Part shown: in pieces, positions 16,740 through 24,217 of the stretch
How positions within the stretch are numbered: position 1 is the first letter of the stretch
How the letters are laid out: each line of letters opens with the position of its first letter
DNA from: a virus
Virus record (IMG/VR): IMGVR_UViG_3300042914_003164
Span: 1 to 64,000 of that record
Direction: 5' to 3' (one strand)
Length of the DNA stretch: 64,000 nucleotides
Translations under genes and position numbers: made by a program
The notes under the pieces: model-generated
Database searches by the model: none
Seen by the model: the letters and a program-made list of their open reading frames with translations, nothing else
What the model was told of the DNA's origin: nothing

Positions 16740-17047
16740 TGGTTTTCCTCGGGTGGAATAGTAGATTTGCCTAGCACGAACGGTGTCAGCCATTCGATTA
16801 CACCCTCTTCGCAGAGGGCCTTGAAAAAGTCTGGGTGGTTGTCGAAGAGTGACTTTTCTTTTGGTGTGCAAAACACAAAGCTGGTCTTGCCTTTTGCATA
16901 CGCTTCAGCGCAAAGCGTGACCAACAACATTCCGATGGTGATAGCCTCGGCCCATGTTTCTTTGCCTAACAGCACTGCCGCCCGGACCATAGCTTTTTTG
17001 TGTTCATCGGAAAAGCAAAGCTGATGCGGAAACCTGTCTTTGATCAT
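16736..17047 (-). CDS. hypothetical protein
   Basis: ATGA coupling at both ends. Confidence 0.6.
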   Translation of the reverse strand: MIKDRFPHQLCFSDEHKKAMVRAAVLLGKETWAEAITIGMLLVTLCAEAYAKGKTSFVFCTPKEKSLFDNHPDFFKALCEEGVIEWLTPFVLGKSTIPPEENQ

Positions 17048-17364
17048 GGTTGCACCTCTACCATTCCATCTCGGCAAATAATTAACGTCTCTGTATTTGG
17101 CCAAGCGAGGTCTATGATTTTCTGCCTCTCCCTTTCCGCTAGTTGTTCGTATCGGTGTTCACTGCTTGCTACTGGTGAATACCATTGAATGGTGGCACCA
17201 TTTTTCAGTTTAACGTAAAAGCGGCAGTAAAGCTTTTCACTTTTTTCAGTGCGTTCCCTTACTGAGTACATAGTGTCGCCCGAGACTTCGACACTAACGG
17301 AAGAGATGAGCGCTATCTCTTCTACTGGGAAACGATGACCGTTGATGTCGATAATTTTTGTCAT
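17044..17364 (-). CDS. hypothetical protein, paralog of 21184-21468
   Basis: MT..I...G...PV.E...IS ... F.V....G ... E.ERQK.I...WP..E..I shared. Confidence 0.7.
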   Translation of the reverse strand: MTKIIDINGHRFPVEEIALISSVSVEVSGDTMYSVRERTEKSEKLYCRFYVKLKNGATIQWYSPVASSEHRYEQLAERERQKIIDLAWPNTETLIICRDGMVEVQP

Positions 17365-17384
17365 TGATTTAATTAACGAGCAAG

Positions 17385-17564
17385 TCAGAAAGGGCAATTG
17401 CCCAAAAGTTCATACACTTCCAGGAAATAGTCCTCGTCGAGATCCTCGTATGTGACCGAGATTGATTTGGACGTGTAATCGACGGTAACAGAAATCTTGT
17501 GATTGGCCTCCGTGTTTGAGAATATGTCGCCCAGCAGACTGAGCATTGCATCTGAAACACTCAT
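17385..17564 (-). CDS. small acidic hypothetical protein (59 aa, not in ORF track)
   Basis: Starts at the ATG of the ATGA junction at 17561-17564 with GGAGG; MSVSDAMLSLLGD...GNCPF*. Confidence 0.6.
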   Translation of the reverse strand: MSVSDAMLSLLGDIFSNTEANHKISVTVDYTSKSISVTYEDLDEDYFLEVYELLGNCPF

Positions 17565-17986
17565 TGCTGCGCCTCCAGTTCCTTAAGGCGTTTAAGGGCG
17601 GCGAATAGCGCGTCGTAGTGGCACTGCTTAATACAAGGCATTGACCGCAGCGCTTCCATCCCTTGCTCAGCTAGTGACGTTGATCTCGAACCATGCTCTT
17701 GTCTTAGTCCGGCAATAACTGCATGAAGTTTGCGACGGATCATCGTGTGATTGGATGACAGCCAGCCAGGCGGCGTCACGAAATTCGCGACATCCTCAAG
17801 ACACATCGCAACAATGTGAGCGATTGCCGCCTCAAGCGATGCGTGGCTTGTCTCGATTGTGATAGGCAACGTGCAGTCATCCATCGCAATGCTTATTTTG
17901 CAAAACGGATGCAAAGCTTTTATGATTTTACTGACATCAAGATTCATCGAGAAGTGGCCGGGTCTGTTCATGGTGCTGAAATTCAT
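17561..17986 (-). CDS. hypothetical protein ending SLAEQG...LKELEAQQ
   Basis: Coupled; shared 3' module. Confidence 0.65.
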   Translation of the reverse strand: MNFSTMNRPGHFSMNLDVSKIIKALHPFCKISIAMDDCTLPITIETSHASLEAAIAHIVAMCLEDVANFVTPPGWLSSNHTMIRRKLHAVIAGLRQEHGSRSTSLAEQGMEALRSMPCIKQCHYDALFAALKRLKELEAQQ

Positions 17987-18231
17987 TGCTGTGCCTCCAG
18001 TTCGCGGGCGGAGAATTGGGCCACGACTTGGCCGGCGGCATGACGCCGACGCCTGGCGTGATTAGCGCATATCCGGCGAGCATCCTCAAGGGTGCTGCTG
18101 GTGTTGGTGCTCTTGAACTCCAGATCGCACTCCATCCATACCAGCGACCACCACGGCCTGTATTCAGCCGTGAATCCCAGGTATTGATCCCGCACCACGC
18201 GGTAACGGGTCGGGGGGAACCTGAGTTTCAT
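17983..18231 (-). CDS. hypothetical protein ending ELEAQQ
   Basis: Coupled; paralog of 15315-15518. Confidence 0.7.
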   Translation of the reverse strand: MKLRFPPTRYRVVRDQYLGFTAEYRPWWSLVWMECDLEFKSTNTSSTLEDARRICANHARRRRHAAGQVVAQFSARELEAQQ

Positions 18232-18590
18232 TGCTGTGCCTCCAGTTCTTTAAGGCGTTCAAGGGCGGCGCGGATGTCCTCCTGCTCAGCAACGCTGAGA
18301 GTGCGAAAGTGCGATGGGCCTAGCGCCTTCAGCCCCTGCTCTGCCAGCGACGGCGGCTTGGGGCTCATGGCAGCGCGGAGCTTGTTGGATAGGCCCATTC
18401 CATCTTCATCGTCAAAGCCAGCGTGCCCATCAGCATTGGCCACCCAGTTACAGCACGCCTCCACGCCCCGGTCAAAGCCCCACTGGGCGCAGGCATTTGC
18501 AAAAGCAGGGTAGGGGAGCGCTTCACCGTGAGTCTGTTCCCACAGCTCGTTCAGTACGCCAGATGGCACGTACACGCGATAATCAGCCAT
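18228..18590 (-). CDS. hypothetical protein ending SLAEQG...LKELEAQQ
   Basis: Coupled; 'AQWGFDRGVEACC.W...LRAAM.PKPPSLAEQ.L' cyanophage-type motif. Confidence 0.7.
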   Translation of the reverse strand: MADYRVYVPSGVLNELWEQTHGEALPYPAFANACAQWGFDRGVEACCNWVANADGHAGFDDEDGMGLSNKLRAAMSPKPPSLAEQGLKALGPSHFRTLSVAEQEDIRAALERLKELEAQQ

Positions 18591-19011
18591 TGTTCTTCTC
18601 GTAGTATTTAGCGGCATCTACCCAGCTTCGTATCATAAGCTTGTCAATTTCACACAAGTCACGTTCGCCACTCCAAATTCCTTCCCAGTGTTTACAACCT
18701 CCTGCTTTCTCCCAGTCGAAGGAGCTGGGAAGCGCAGAAAGGTTGCCTTCAAGCACGAGGGCTGCTTGGGCCTCATCGAAATCAATCGCCTTCAAGAACT
18801 CCTTGCTCACTGAGGGCTTCGGAGCCCCTTGGTCTTCGCTGCTATCGGAAACGGGGTCTCCTGCGGCGTAAAACTTTGCAAGCCCCTCTTCGCAAGTAGT
18901 GAGCCGCTCGTAGCACCATTCCAGTGCCTCCAAAAGCTCGGGAGCGCTCAGCACCTCAGCTGGCCGCCCTTTCCAGAACAGCCGCTTAAACGTTTTTTGC
19001 TGCAAAACCAT
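18583..19011 (-). CDS. hypothetical protein
   Basis: First gene downstream of leftward promoter. Confidence 0.6.
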   Translation of the reverse strand: MVLQQKTFKRLFWKGRPAEVLSAPELLEALEWCYERLTTCEEGLAKFYAAGDPVSDSSEDQGAPKPSVSKEFLKAIDFDEAQAALVLEGNLSALPSSFDWEKAGGCKHWEGIWSGERDLCEIDKLMIRSWVDAAKYYEKNNG

Positions 19012-19043
19012 TTGTAAGCGGGGATACCGTAAGGTTCGGGTCA

Positions 19044-19072
19044 ATGCTAAGCCTTTTTTGTCAAGGAGTCAA
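19044..19072 (-). promoter_or_regulatory. sigma70-type promoter (leftward)
   Basis: TTGACT-N17-TAGCAT on - strand. Confidence 0.7.
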
Positions 19073-19119
19073 GGCTTTGGGTTGGGTCTCAGTGATCTCA
19101 ACGCAAGAATGGGGGGACG

Positions 19120-19148
19120 TTGACCGGGGCGGGCTTTCAAGGTAGCAT
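19120..19148 (+). promoter_or_regulatory. sigma70-type promoter (rightward)
   Basis: TTGACC-N17-TAGCAT. Confidence 0.7.
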
Positions 19149-19174
19149 TGTCAGGTCGTATATCGCCTCCAACC

Positions 19175-19411
19175 ATGGCGTCAACGCTTTCCACCATCCA
19201 AAACGACCTTTCGCTTCCCGAGGATTGCCAAGCCCTCCTGAAAGAGGCGATGAAAGACTTTGAAAGGTCCGAGCACGAGCGGGCTAAGAAGATCATCCAA
19301 GGGCGTCTTCTTGAAATCAAGCGCATGGAAGCGTGCATTGAAAGGGCGAAAGCCGATCTTGCAAAACTGCTCAACCGCAGCGTTGATGAAATTCTGATGC
19401 TTGAAGACTGA
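19175..19411 (+). CDS. hypothetical coiled-coil protein
   Basis: ATG 19175 after promoter; TGATG coupling. Confidence 0.65.
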   Translation: MASTLSTIQNDLSLPEDCQALLKEAMKDFERSEHERAKKIIQGRLLEIKRMEACIERAKADLAKLLNRSVDEILMLED

Positions 19412-19758
19412 TGGGATCCATCTGGGGTAGAGGCACTCTTTTTAGCGATGGCAAGCAGCTTGCGGTTGCATGGCCGGAGCTTGAGAGCATGTTTATGTTC
19501 TCTGAGTTCCACGTAAACAACCTTGAACTAAGTGTTGACTACTATGATGTGACCAGGGTGGCTTTCGGCTCTACGGAAAGTGTCGCTGTCCGTGAAACCT
19601 GCAACATCAGTGTTGTTGCTGGTCGTCCAAAGCGGATTCCGCTAGACGAGGGAATGAAGCTGTTTCGCAGCGTTGATTCCATGTCCGTAAGTGATCTGCT
19701 TGCAGCCGCCTATCAAAAAATGGATGCTAGGTCAAGCCAAGACACTAAGATCGACTAA
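19411..19758 (+). CDS. hypothetical protein
   Basis: Coupled ORF. Confidence 0.6.
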   Translation: MGSIWGRGTLFSDGKQLAVAWPELESMFMFSEFHVNNLELSVDYYDVTRVAFGSTESVAVRETCNISVVAGRPKRIPLDEGMKLFRSVDSMSVSDLLAAAYQKMDARSSQDTKID

Positions 19759-19775
19759 CTCACCTACTGAATTCC

Positions 19776-19994
19776 ATGAAATCTTTCAAAGTCTTTTTAG
19801 GGGTGCTGCGAGAAGTCCTGCCCTACCTTGGCTTTTTTGTCGCTCTGATAGCCCTCGTTGTCGCGGTTGCTGCTCCCCTGGCCTGGCTGCAAGCCAGTCA
19901 AGAGGCTGCCGCCTTCAACCGCTTCACCACTGGCCCCAAGGCTACAGCTTGGGATGCTCTGTGGGTTGAGCTGCGCGTGGAGGCTCAGCGATGA
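19776..19994 (+). CDS. small membrane protein
   Basis: TM helix plus 'EAAAFNRFT...ATAWDALWVELRV'. Confidence 0.65.
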   Translation: MKSFKVFLGVLREVLPYLGFFVALIALVVAVAAPLAWLQASQEAAAFNRFTTGPKATAWDALWVELRVEAQR

Positions 19995-20467
19995 GCAGCG
20001 CCAACGAATGGATCACAGACCGGCTGCCGACAGAGGCGGATGGAGACCGGGATGGGGATGTGTGGATTAGGCACGTGTCAAGCTCCGAGCACAACTTCCT
20101 CGCCCACTGGAGCCATGTCGGCCCTGGTGCCCCGTGGCAGCGCACCATCTACTGGAAGCCACCCACCGAGCCCACCCCCACCGAATCCACCCCCACCGAA
20201 CCCGACCGCATCGCCGCGCTGGAGCAACAACTAAAGGAACACATCAGAGCGCAGTCCGTGCTGGCAGCCGCCCTGGTTAAGCGACTGGAAGCGCTGGAGG
20301 GCCTTTCGCCCGATGGCGCTATTCCCGAGTGTGGGCGTGGTGTTCCGGGTGGCATCGCCGCGCTGGAGCAGCAGTTGAGGGAACTGGAAACGCTGTTCTG
20401 GGCTCACAAGCACGTTGCTCAGCCGGTCTCCATCCCCAGTAATTCTGCCCCGGAGGCACAGTCATGA
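19991..20467 (+). CDS. hypothetical protein (WITDRLPTEADGD family)
   Basis: GGAGG plus ATGA; paralog of next gene. Confidence 0.7.
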   Translation: MSSANEWITDRLPTEADGDRDGDVWIRHVSSSEHNFLAHWSHVGPGAPWQRTIYWKPPTEPTPTESTPTEPDRIAALEQQLKEHIRAQSVLAAALVKRLEALEGLSPDGAIPECGRGVPGGIAALEQQLRELETLFWAHKHVAQPVSIPSNSAPEAQS

Positions 20468-20745
20468 CCCCCAGCAAATGGATTGCAGACCGCCCACCGA
20501 CTGAGGCGGATGGAGATCACATCGGGTCGGTGCATGTGAAGATACACCCTCGCGGCGGCAGCTTCTGCCGTATTTACTGGAGCTACGTCGCTGCCGGCGC
20601 ACCATGGCAGCACACCAGCCACTGGCAGCCACCTGCTGAGCAGCCCGACCGCATCGCCGCGCTGGAGCAGCGAGTGGCGAAGTTGGAGGCGTTTCAGCGG
20701 GCACTGACGCAGCCCTCCCCCACCCGTCAATCACTAGGGCTTTGA
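20464..20745 (+). CDS. hypothetical protein (same family as 19991)
   Basis: WIADRPPTEADGD...GAPWQ...PDRIAALEQ. Confidence 0.7.
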   Translation: MTPSKWIADRPPTEADGDHIGSVHVKIHPRGGSFCRIYWSYVAAGAPWQHTSHWQPPAEQPDRIAALEQRVAKLEAFQRALTQPSPTRQSLGL

Positions 20746-20972
20746 CCATGCAACAGATTCACCACTATCACTACTGCGCAAGGTGCGACCAAAAAGACGG
20801 TTCTACTGTGTTAACAGACGGAATCGTTCGTTCTTTTCACCCAGTCAATCATCCAGAGTTTTACTCTTCAATACGAAAGGTGATTGCCATTGGCTTGGGT
20901 CCAGATGTGCGATGGGACAAAGACCTAACCGTGACATCCCTTTCTCTTGTTGGAACCTCCTTTGGGCCATGA
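20742..20972 (+). CDS. hypothetical protein
   Basis: Coupled ORF. Confidence 0.55.
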   Translation: MTMQQIHHYHYCARCDQKDGSTVLTDGIVRSFHPVNHPEFYSSIRKVIAIGLGPDVRWDKDLTVTSLSLVGTSFGP

Positions 20973-21187
20973 CTGAATCCATCCAACCGTTCATTGCCGA
21001 GTCCTACTCAATTTGCCAAGGTCTTGGCAGTACGCCTAGCTCCTGGGGTGCTTGGGCGTCTAGCGGCAATTGCACATCTCCGTTGTTTTACATTCGACGC
21101 CCGAAGTGGATCAAAGATGACGCCTGCTGGAAAAAAATTGTCGAGTCAATCAAAATTACACTTTTGGCTGGAACCGAAATCAAATGA
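20969..21187 (+). CDS. hypothetical protein
   Basis: ATGA coupling at both ends. Confidence 0.6.
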   Translation: MTESIQPFIAESYSICQGLGSTPSSWGAWASSGNCTSPLFYIRRPKWIKDDACWKKIVESIKITLLAGTEIK

Positions 21188-21468
21188 CTACTCGCTTAAT
21201 CCAGGTAGAAGGGCAGTACCTCCCGGTTGGCGAGGTTCTGTCCATTTCAGAAACAAAAACCCAAGACACAGGAACGGAGGTTGAACACTATTTTCATGTT
21301 TATATGAGAGATGGCAGCCGCTTCCGTTGTAGAACGGCCTCTGCGTCCTCCCGCTACCCAGAACCACGGGAAACCTACAAGAGGGGCATTGAAGCCGAAA
21401 GGCAAAAGCTGATTGAATTTATTTGGCCAGAGGCCGAAATCCACATCCTTAAGAGGGTTATTAAATGA
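21184..21468 (+). CDS. hypothetical protein, paralog of 17044-17364
   Basis: Coupled; shared motifs. Confidence 0.7.
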   Translation: MTTRLIQVEGQYLPVGEVLSISETKTQDTGTEVEHYFHVYMRDGSRFRCRTASASSRYPEPRETYKRGIEAERQKLIEFIWPEAEIHILKRVIK

Positions 21469-21971
21469 ATGCCGAAGATCGCAAGCTGGTAAAGGAGCTG
21501 GCCGACGCCCTTGAAATGTGGCGAAATTTTATTTACAAGGATTCCCTGCTGGTTGACTGGGGCGAGAAACTTCTCAAAAAACCCATCCAAGCGCAAAGTG
21601 CATTGGTCGAAGCCGCTCGTGCAAGGCTGGCTCAGTCCGAACAGTGTGACAGAGAGTCGGTCATCGCCAGAATGATTGTACTTTCCGACGAAGTGGAAAG
21701 ACATGGCCTTGGTGATGTCTTGGTTGAACATGCGACTGGTCGCTGGGGCCGGCCATCGGAGGCCGAAGCCAAAAAGACTCGCGTACAGCTAGCCGAGCCA
21801 AAGCAGACGACCTGCAACAATGCAAGCCTTCAGGAATTGCGGGGGATGCTTGAGCGGATAATTTTCGTTGGCGCGTACTCGTCGCCCCAGGTTAGCCACG
21901 TCAGACTGGCGGATCGGCTAATGAAAGCTATCGAGGCATGGCAGCAAAAGCATTCAGGTACGCAACAATGA
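21465..21971 (+). CDS. hypothetical protein
   Basis: Coupled; shares 'L..EVER..LG.V......WGR' with next gene. Confidence 0.65.
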   Translation: MNAEDRKLVKELADALEMWRNFIYKDSLLVDWGEKLLKKPIQAQSALVEAARARLAQSEQCDRESVIARMIVLSDEVERHGLGDVLVEHATGRWGRPSEAEAKKTRVQLAEPKQTTCNNASLQELRGMLERIIFVGAYSSPQVSHVRLADRLMKAIEAWQQKHSGTQQ

Positions 21972-22462
21972 GCAGGGCAGACCTGGGTTTAATCGAAGAG
22001 CTTGTTGCCATTGCCGACGCAATGAAAATCGGCAAGCCGCTGCTTTCTTCGCAGGGGCAGGCGATGGATGGATTTACTGCCCTTGCCCATTTTGTGGCAT
22101 TGGCTGAAAAAGCTCGCTCTCAATTAACTGGGCCAAGCCAGGCTGTGCCAACGATTATGCAGATTATCCAGCTTGCCGAAGAAGTGGAGCGGCGGGAGCT
22201 TGGCCGGGTTGACTTGGTTCGTCGGGCACTTGCTAAATGGGGCCGTCTATCGCTTAGGCCATTTCTCTTCTCGGTTCATGCGCCCACCGAAGGTGACGCA
22301 CACTTAGAGGGGAAGTGGACATGGGCCTCAGGGCCAGAAAACGATTGGGTCAAGATTAGCTGGCGTACGGACTGGAAGAATTCTTCATGGTTGTGCGTAT
22401 GGCTGCCGTACTGGTGTCTTCCTGATCCCGAGGATTCCGTCAACGAGGCACTCTCTCGATGA
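21968..22462 (+). CDS. hypothetical protein (C-terminal WLPYW.LP.P)
   Basis: Coupled. Confidence 0.65.
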   Translation: MSRADLGLIEELVAIADAMKIGKPLLSSQGQAMDGFTALAHFVALAEKARSQLTGPSQAVPTIMQIIQLAEEVERRELGRVDLVRRALAKWGRLSLRPFLFSVHAPTEGDAHLEGKWTWASGPENDWVKISWRTDWKNSSWLCVWLPYWCLPDPEDSVNEALSR

Positions 22463-22758
22463 ACAGCAATGAACTAACTGGGCGCACAACCCTTCAGATT
22501 GAGCGCTCTCCACCTGGCGCTACTTACGTGTGGCCGAATGCAAACTTTAATTATCCAGTTCGATTGTCTCGCCAACTGAACAGAACTGATCTCAAGTTTG
22601 TTCCGGCGTCTTGGATCCGCCGAGAAAGTTTTGCTGGTCGCCGCTCTCTTGACATTGCCATAGATCACCACGTTAGGCTTAGCAGCGAACAGTTGGAGCT
22701 TTTGCGCACTCAAGAGGGACTTGGCAGAATCAAAGTCCACCGATTTACTGAAACATGA
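22459..22758 (+). CDS. hypothetical protein
   Basis: Coupled; 'TGRTT.QI...P.GA.YVW' motif. Confidence 0.6.
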   Translation: MNSNELTGRTTLQIERSPPGATYVWPNANFNYPVRLSRQLNRTDLKFVPASWIRRESFAGRRSLDIAIDHHVRLSSEQLELLRTQEGLGRIKVHRFTET

Positions 22759-23117
22759 CTTCTCGTGTTCTTGACCTTCTGAAGCGCCTCCGCTCTCGCG
22801 GTGGTGACGTTGCCGTTGCCATGGAGCCTGATGACGATCACGACCTGTTCTCGTCGCCCCCGCCACCTCGATCTATCCGCCCTCACTGGCTTGGCTACAG
22901 GTCCTCTCCACAGCGTCACGGGTACGCCAAGCCGGAAGGCCCCGGAGACCTAAGCCCTGAGGGCCTGTGCTGGTGGTGGGCGCTGATTGATGCTGCGGGG
23001 TCGGATCCTTCTACGTGGGGCTACGGCTGGAAGCTTGGCCGCCCCGAGGATCACCCTGGCGCCGACGCGCTCTGGCTTCCGTACTGTGCCATGGCAGATC
23101 CGGGCTCCACGTCTTGA
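22755..23117 (+). CDS. hypothetical protein (C-terminal WLPY..M.DP)
   Basis: Coupled. Confidence 0.6.
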   Translation: MTSRVLDLLKRLRSRGGDVAVAMEPDDDHDLFSSPPPPRSIRPHWLGYRSSPQRHGYAKPEGPGDLSPEGLCWWWALIDAAGSDPSTWGYGWKLGRPEDHPGADALWLPYCAMADPGSTS

Positions 23118-23151
23118 GCGGTCGCAGCCGTGTTACGATCGGCTCAGGTAA

Positions 23152-23190
23152 AGAGGGAGGGGGTGGCACTGCTGCTCCCTCTTTTTTCTT
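23152..23190 (+). terminator. terminator-like hairpin
   Basis: AGAGGGAG...CTCCCTCT then T-run. Confidence 0.6.
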
Positions 23191-23294
23191 GTTAAACTCG
23201 AATACAAAGGTTTGACACTAAGGTTTCAGCTTTCGCTACAGTTTCTTCGGCTGGCTTCGCGGCCACTCAACACCCCCTGTCTTTTTTGGTCACG

Positions 23295-23534
23295 ATGTCT
23301 GTTCTTCACAGGATCTCGCTCCCTTCCAGACGGTCAAACCTGTTACCGATTCCCAGTCCACTGGGGGAATGGGAGTGCTGCGCCGACGAGGTGCATAGCT
23401 TTTATGAGCCGATGGTACAGACGACTTTGGCCATCGACGCCGATCATACGCTCCATCTGTTTTGCGAGGCAGATCAGGTAGATGCGGCCATTGAGGTTCT
23501 TAGGTTGAAGCTGGCTGAGCAGTCTAGCAATTGA
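23295..23534 (+). CDS. hypothetical protein
   Basis: 79-aa ORF immediately upstream of structured region. Confidence 0.55.
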   Translation: MSVLHRISLPSRRSNLLPIPSPLGEWECCADEVHSFYEPMVQTTLAIDADHTLHLFCEADQVDAAIEVLRLKLAEQSSN

Positions 23535-23545
23535 CGGTAGTTACA

Positions 23546-23579
23546 AGAAAGACCCGAGGCCGAAGCTCCGGGTCTTTCT
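23546..23579. terminator. possibly bidirectional terminator
   Basis: AGAAAGACCCG/CGGGTCTTTCT 11-bp stem; C-UUCG-G loop on - strand. Confidence 0.7.
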
Positions 23580-23580
23580 G

Positions 23581-24135
23581 TGATCCTTCGCGCTTGCCGA
23601 ATGGGTCGAGGGCGCAACTGTGGATCAACCAGTTCAGGGGTGATCAATCCCTGGCCTGCAAACACAGGGCTTTACCCGATGCAGAAACTGGAGACTTCCG
23701 GTCTGTGCAGAGCGGGAACACAACCCGGAGATTCCTACTATCGCGTCTAGCGCGGATTCAGAACCAAAGAGAGGGTTGTGGGCGAGGGTGGGTAGCCCGA
23801 AAGTGGCAATTTGAAATTACCGGACAGGCATCCACCCCCATTTCCGACGTTTGCTAGGTTTTCCGGTTGCAACGTTGGCCAACTCCCCGGAAACCGCCTT
23901 GCTACGAGAGCTAGGTCTTTGTTGCGGCCTACGGCCCGATGGGGGCGGGCTTTCAGTCGCAACAGAAGCGTATCACGGATTGCGGGAGAAGAACACCCTC
24001 CCCCAGGTGCCTTCTTCCTGATCCGAGTTGAACCAGCGGATTCGACCAATGCAGCCCTTTTCCGGGTGAAACGCAAGCCACCATGGTCTGTCTCGGTCTG
24101 GATTGTGACTGATGACTCTTTGCGCCTCGCTTCTA
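23581..24135 (+). ncRNA. candidate large structured non-coding RNA (~560 nt)
   Basis: Back-to-back helices, long-range closing helices, three possible pseudoknots, G-U pairs on + strand; no convincing sense ORF. Confidence 0.65.
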
Positions 24136-24217
24136 TTTGATGTCTGAAGCGTGAAACTTAATAGCTTGCCAATCAAGATCTTTTCTCCTTTCTTGTTTTT
24201 GAAATAGAGGGATGCGT

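Noticed and set aside
23581-24135. RNase P, tmRNA, group I/II intron or tRNA cluster
   Set aside because: No GAGGAAAGUCC/AGAACCCGGC P4 halves, no T-arm plus CCA, no group I R/S or group II domain V signature found by eye; no interrupted host gene.
23531-24140. ORFs 23531-23857, 23747-24076 and 23811-24140 as proteins
   Set aside because: Overlapping frames, no RBS, Arg/Pro/Gly-rich shadow composition; better explained by RNA structure.
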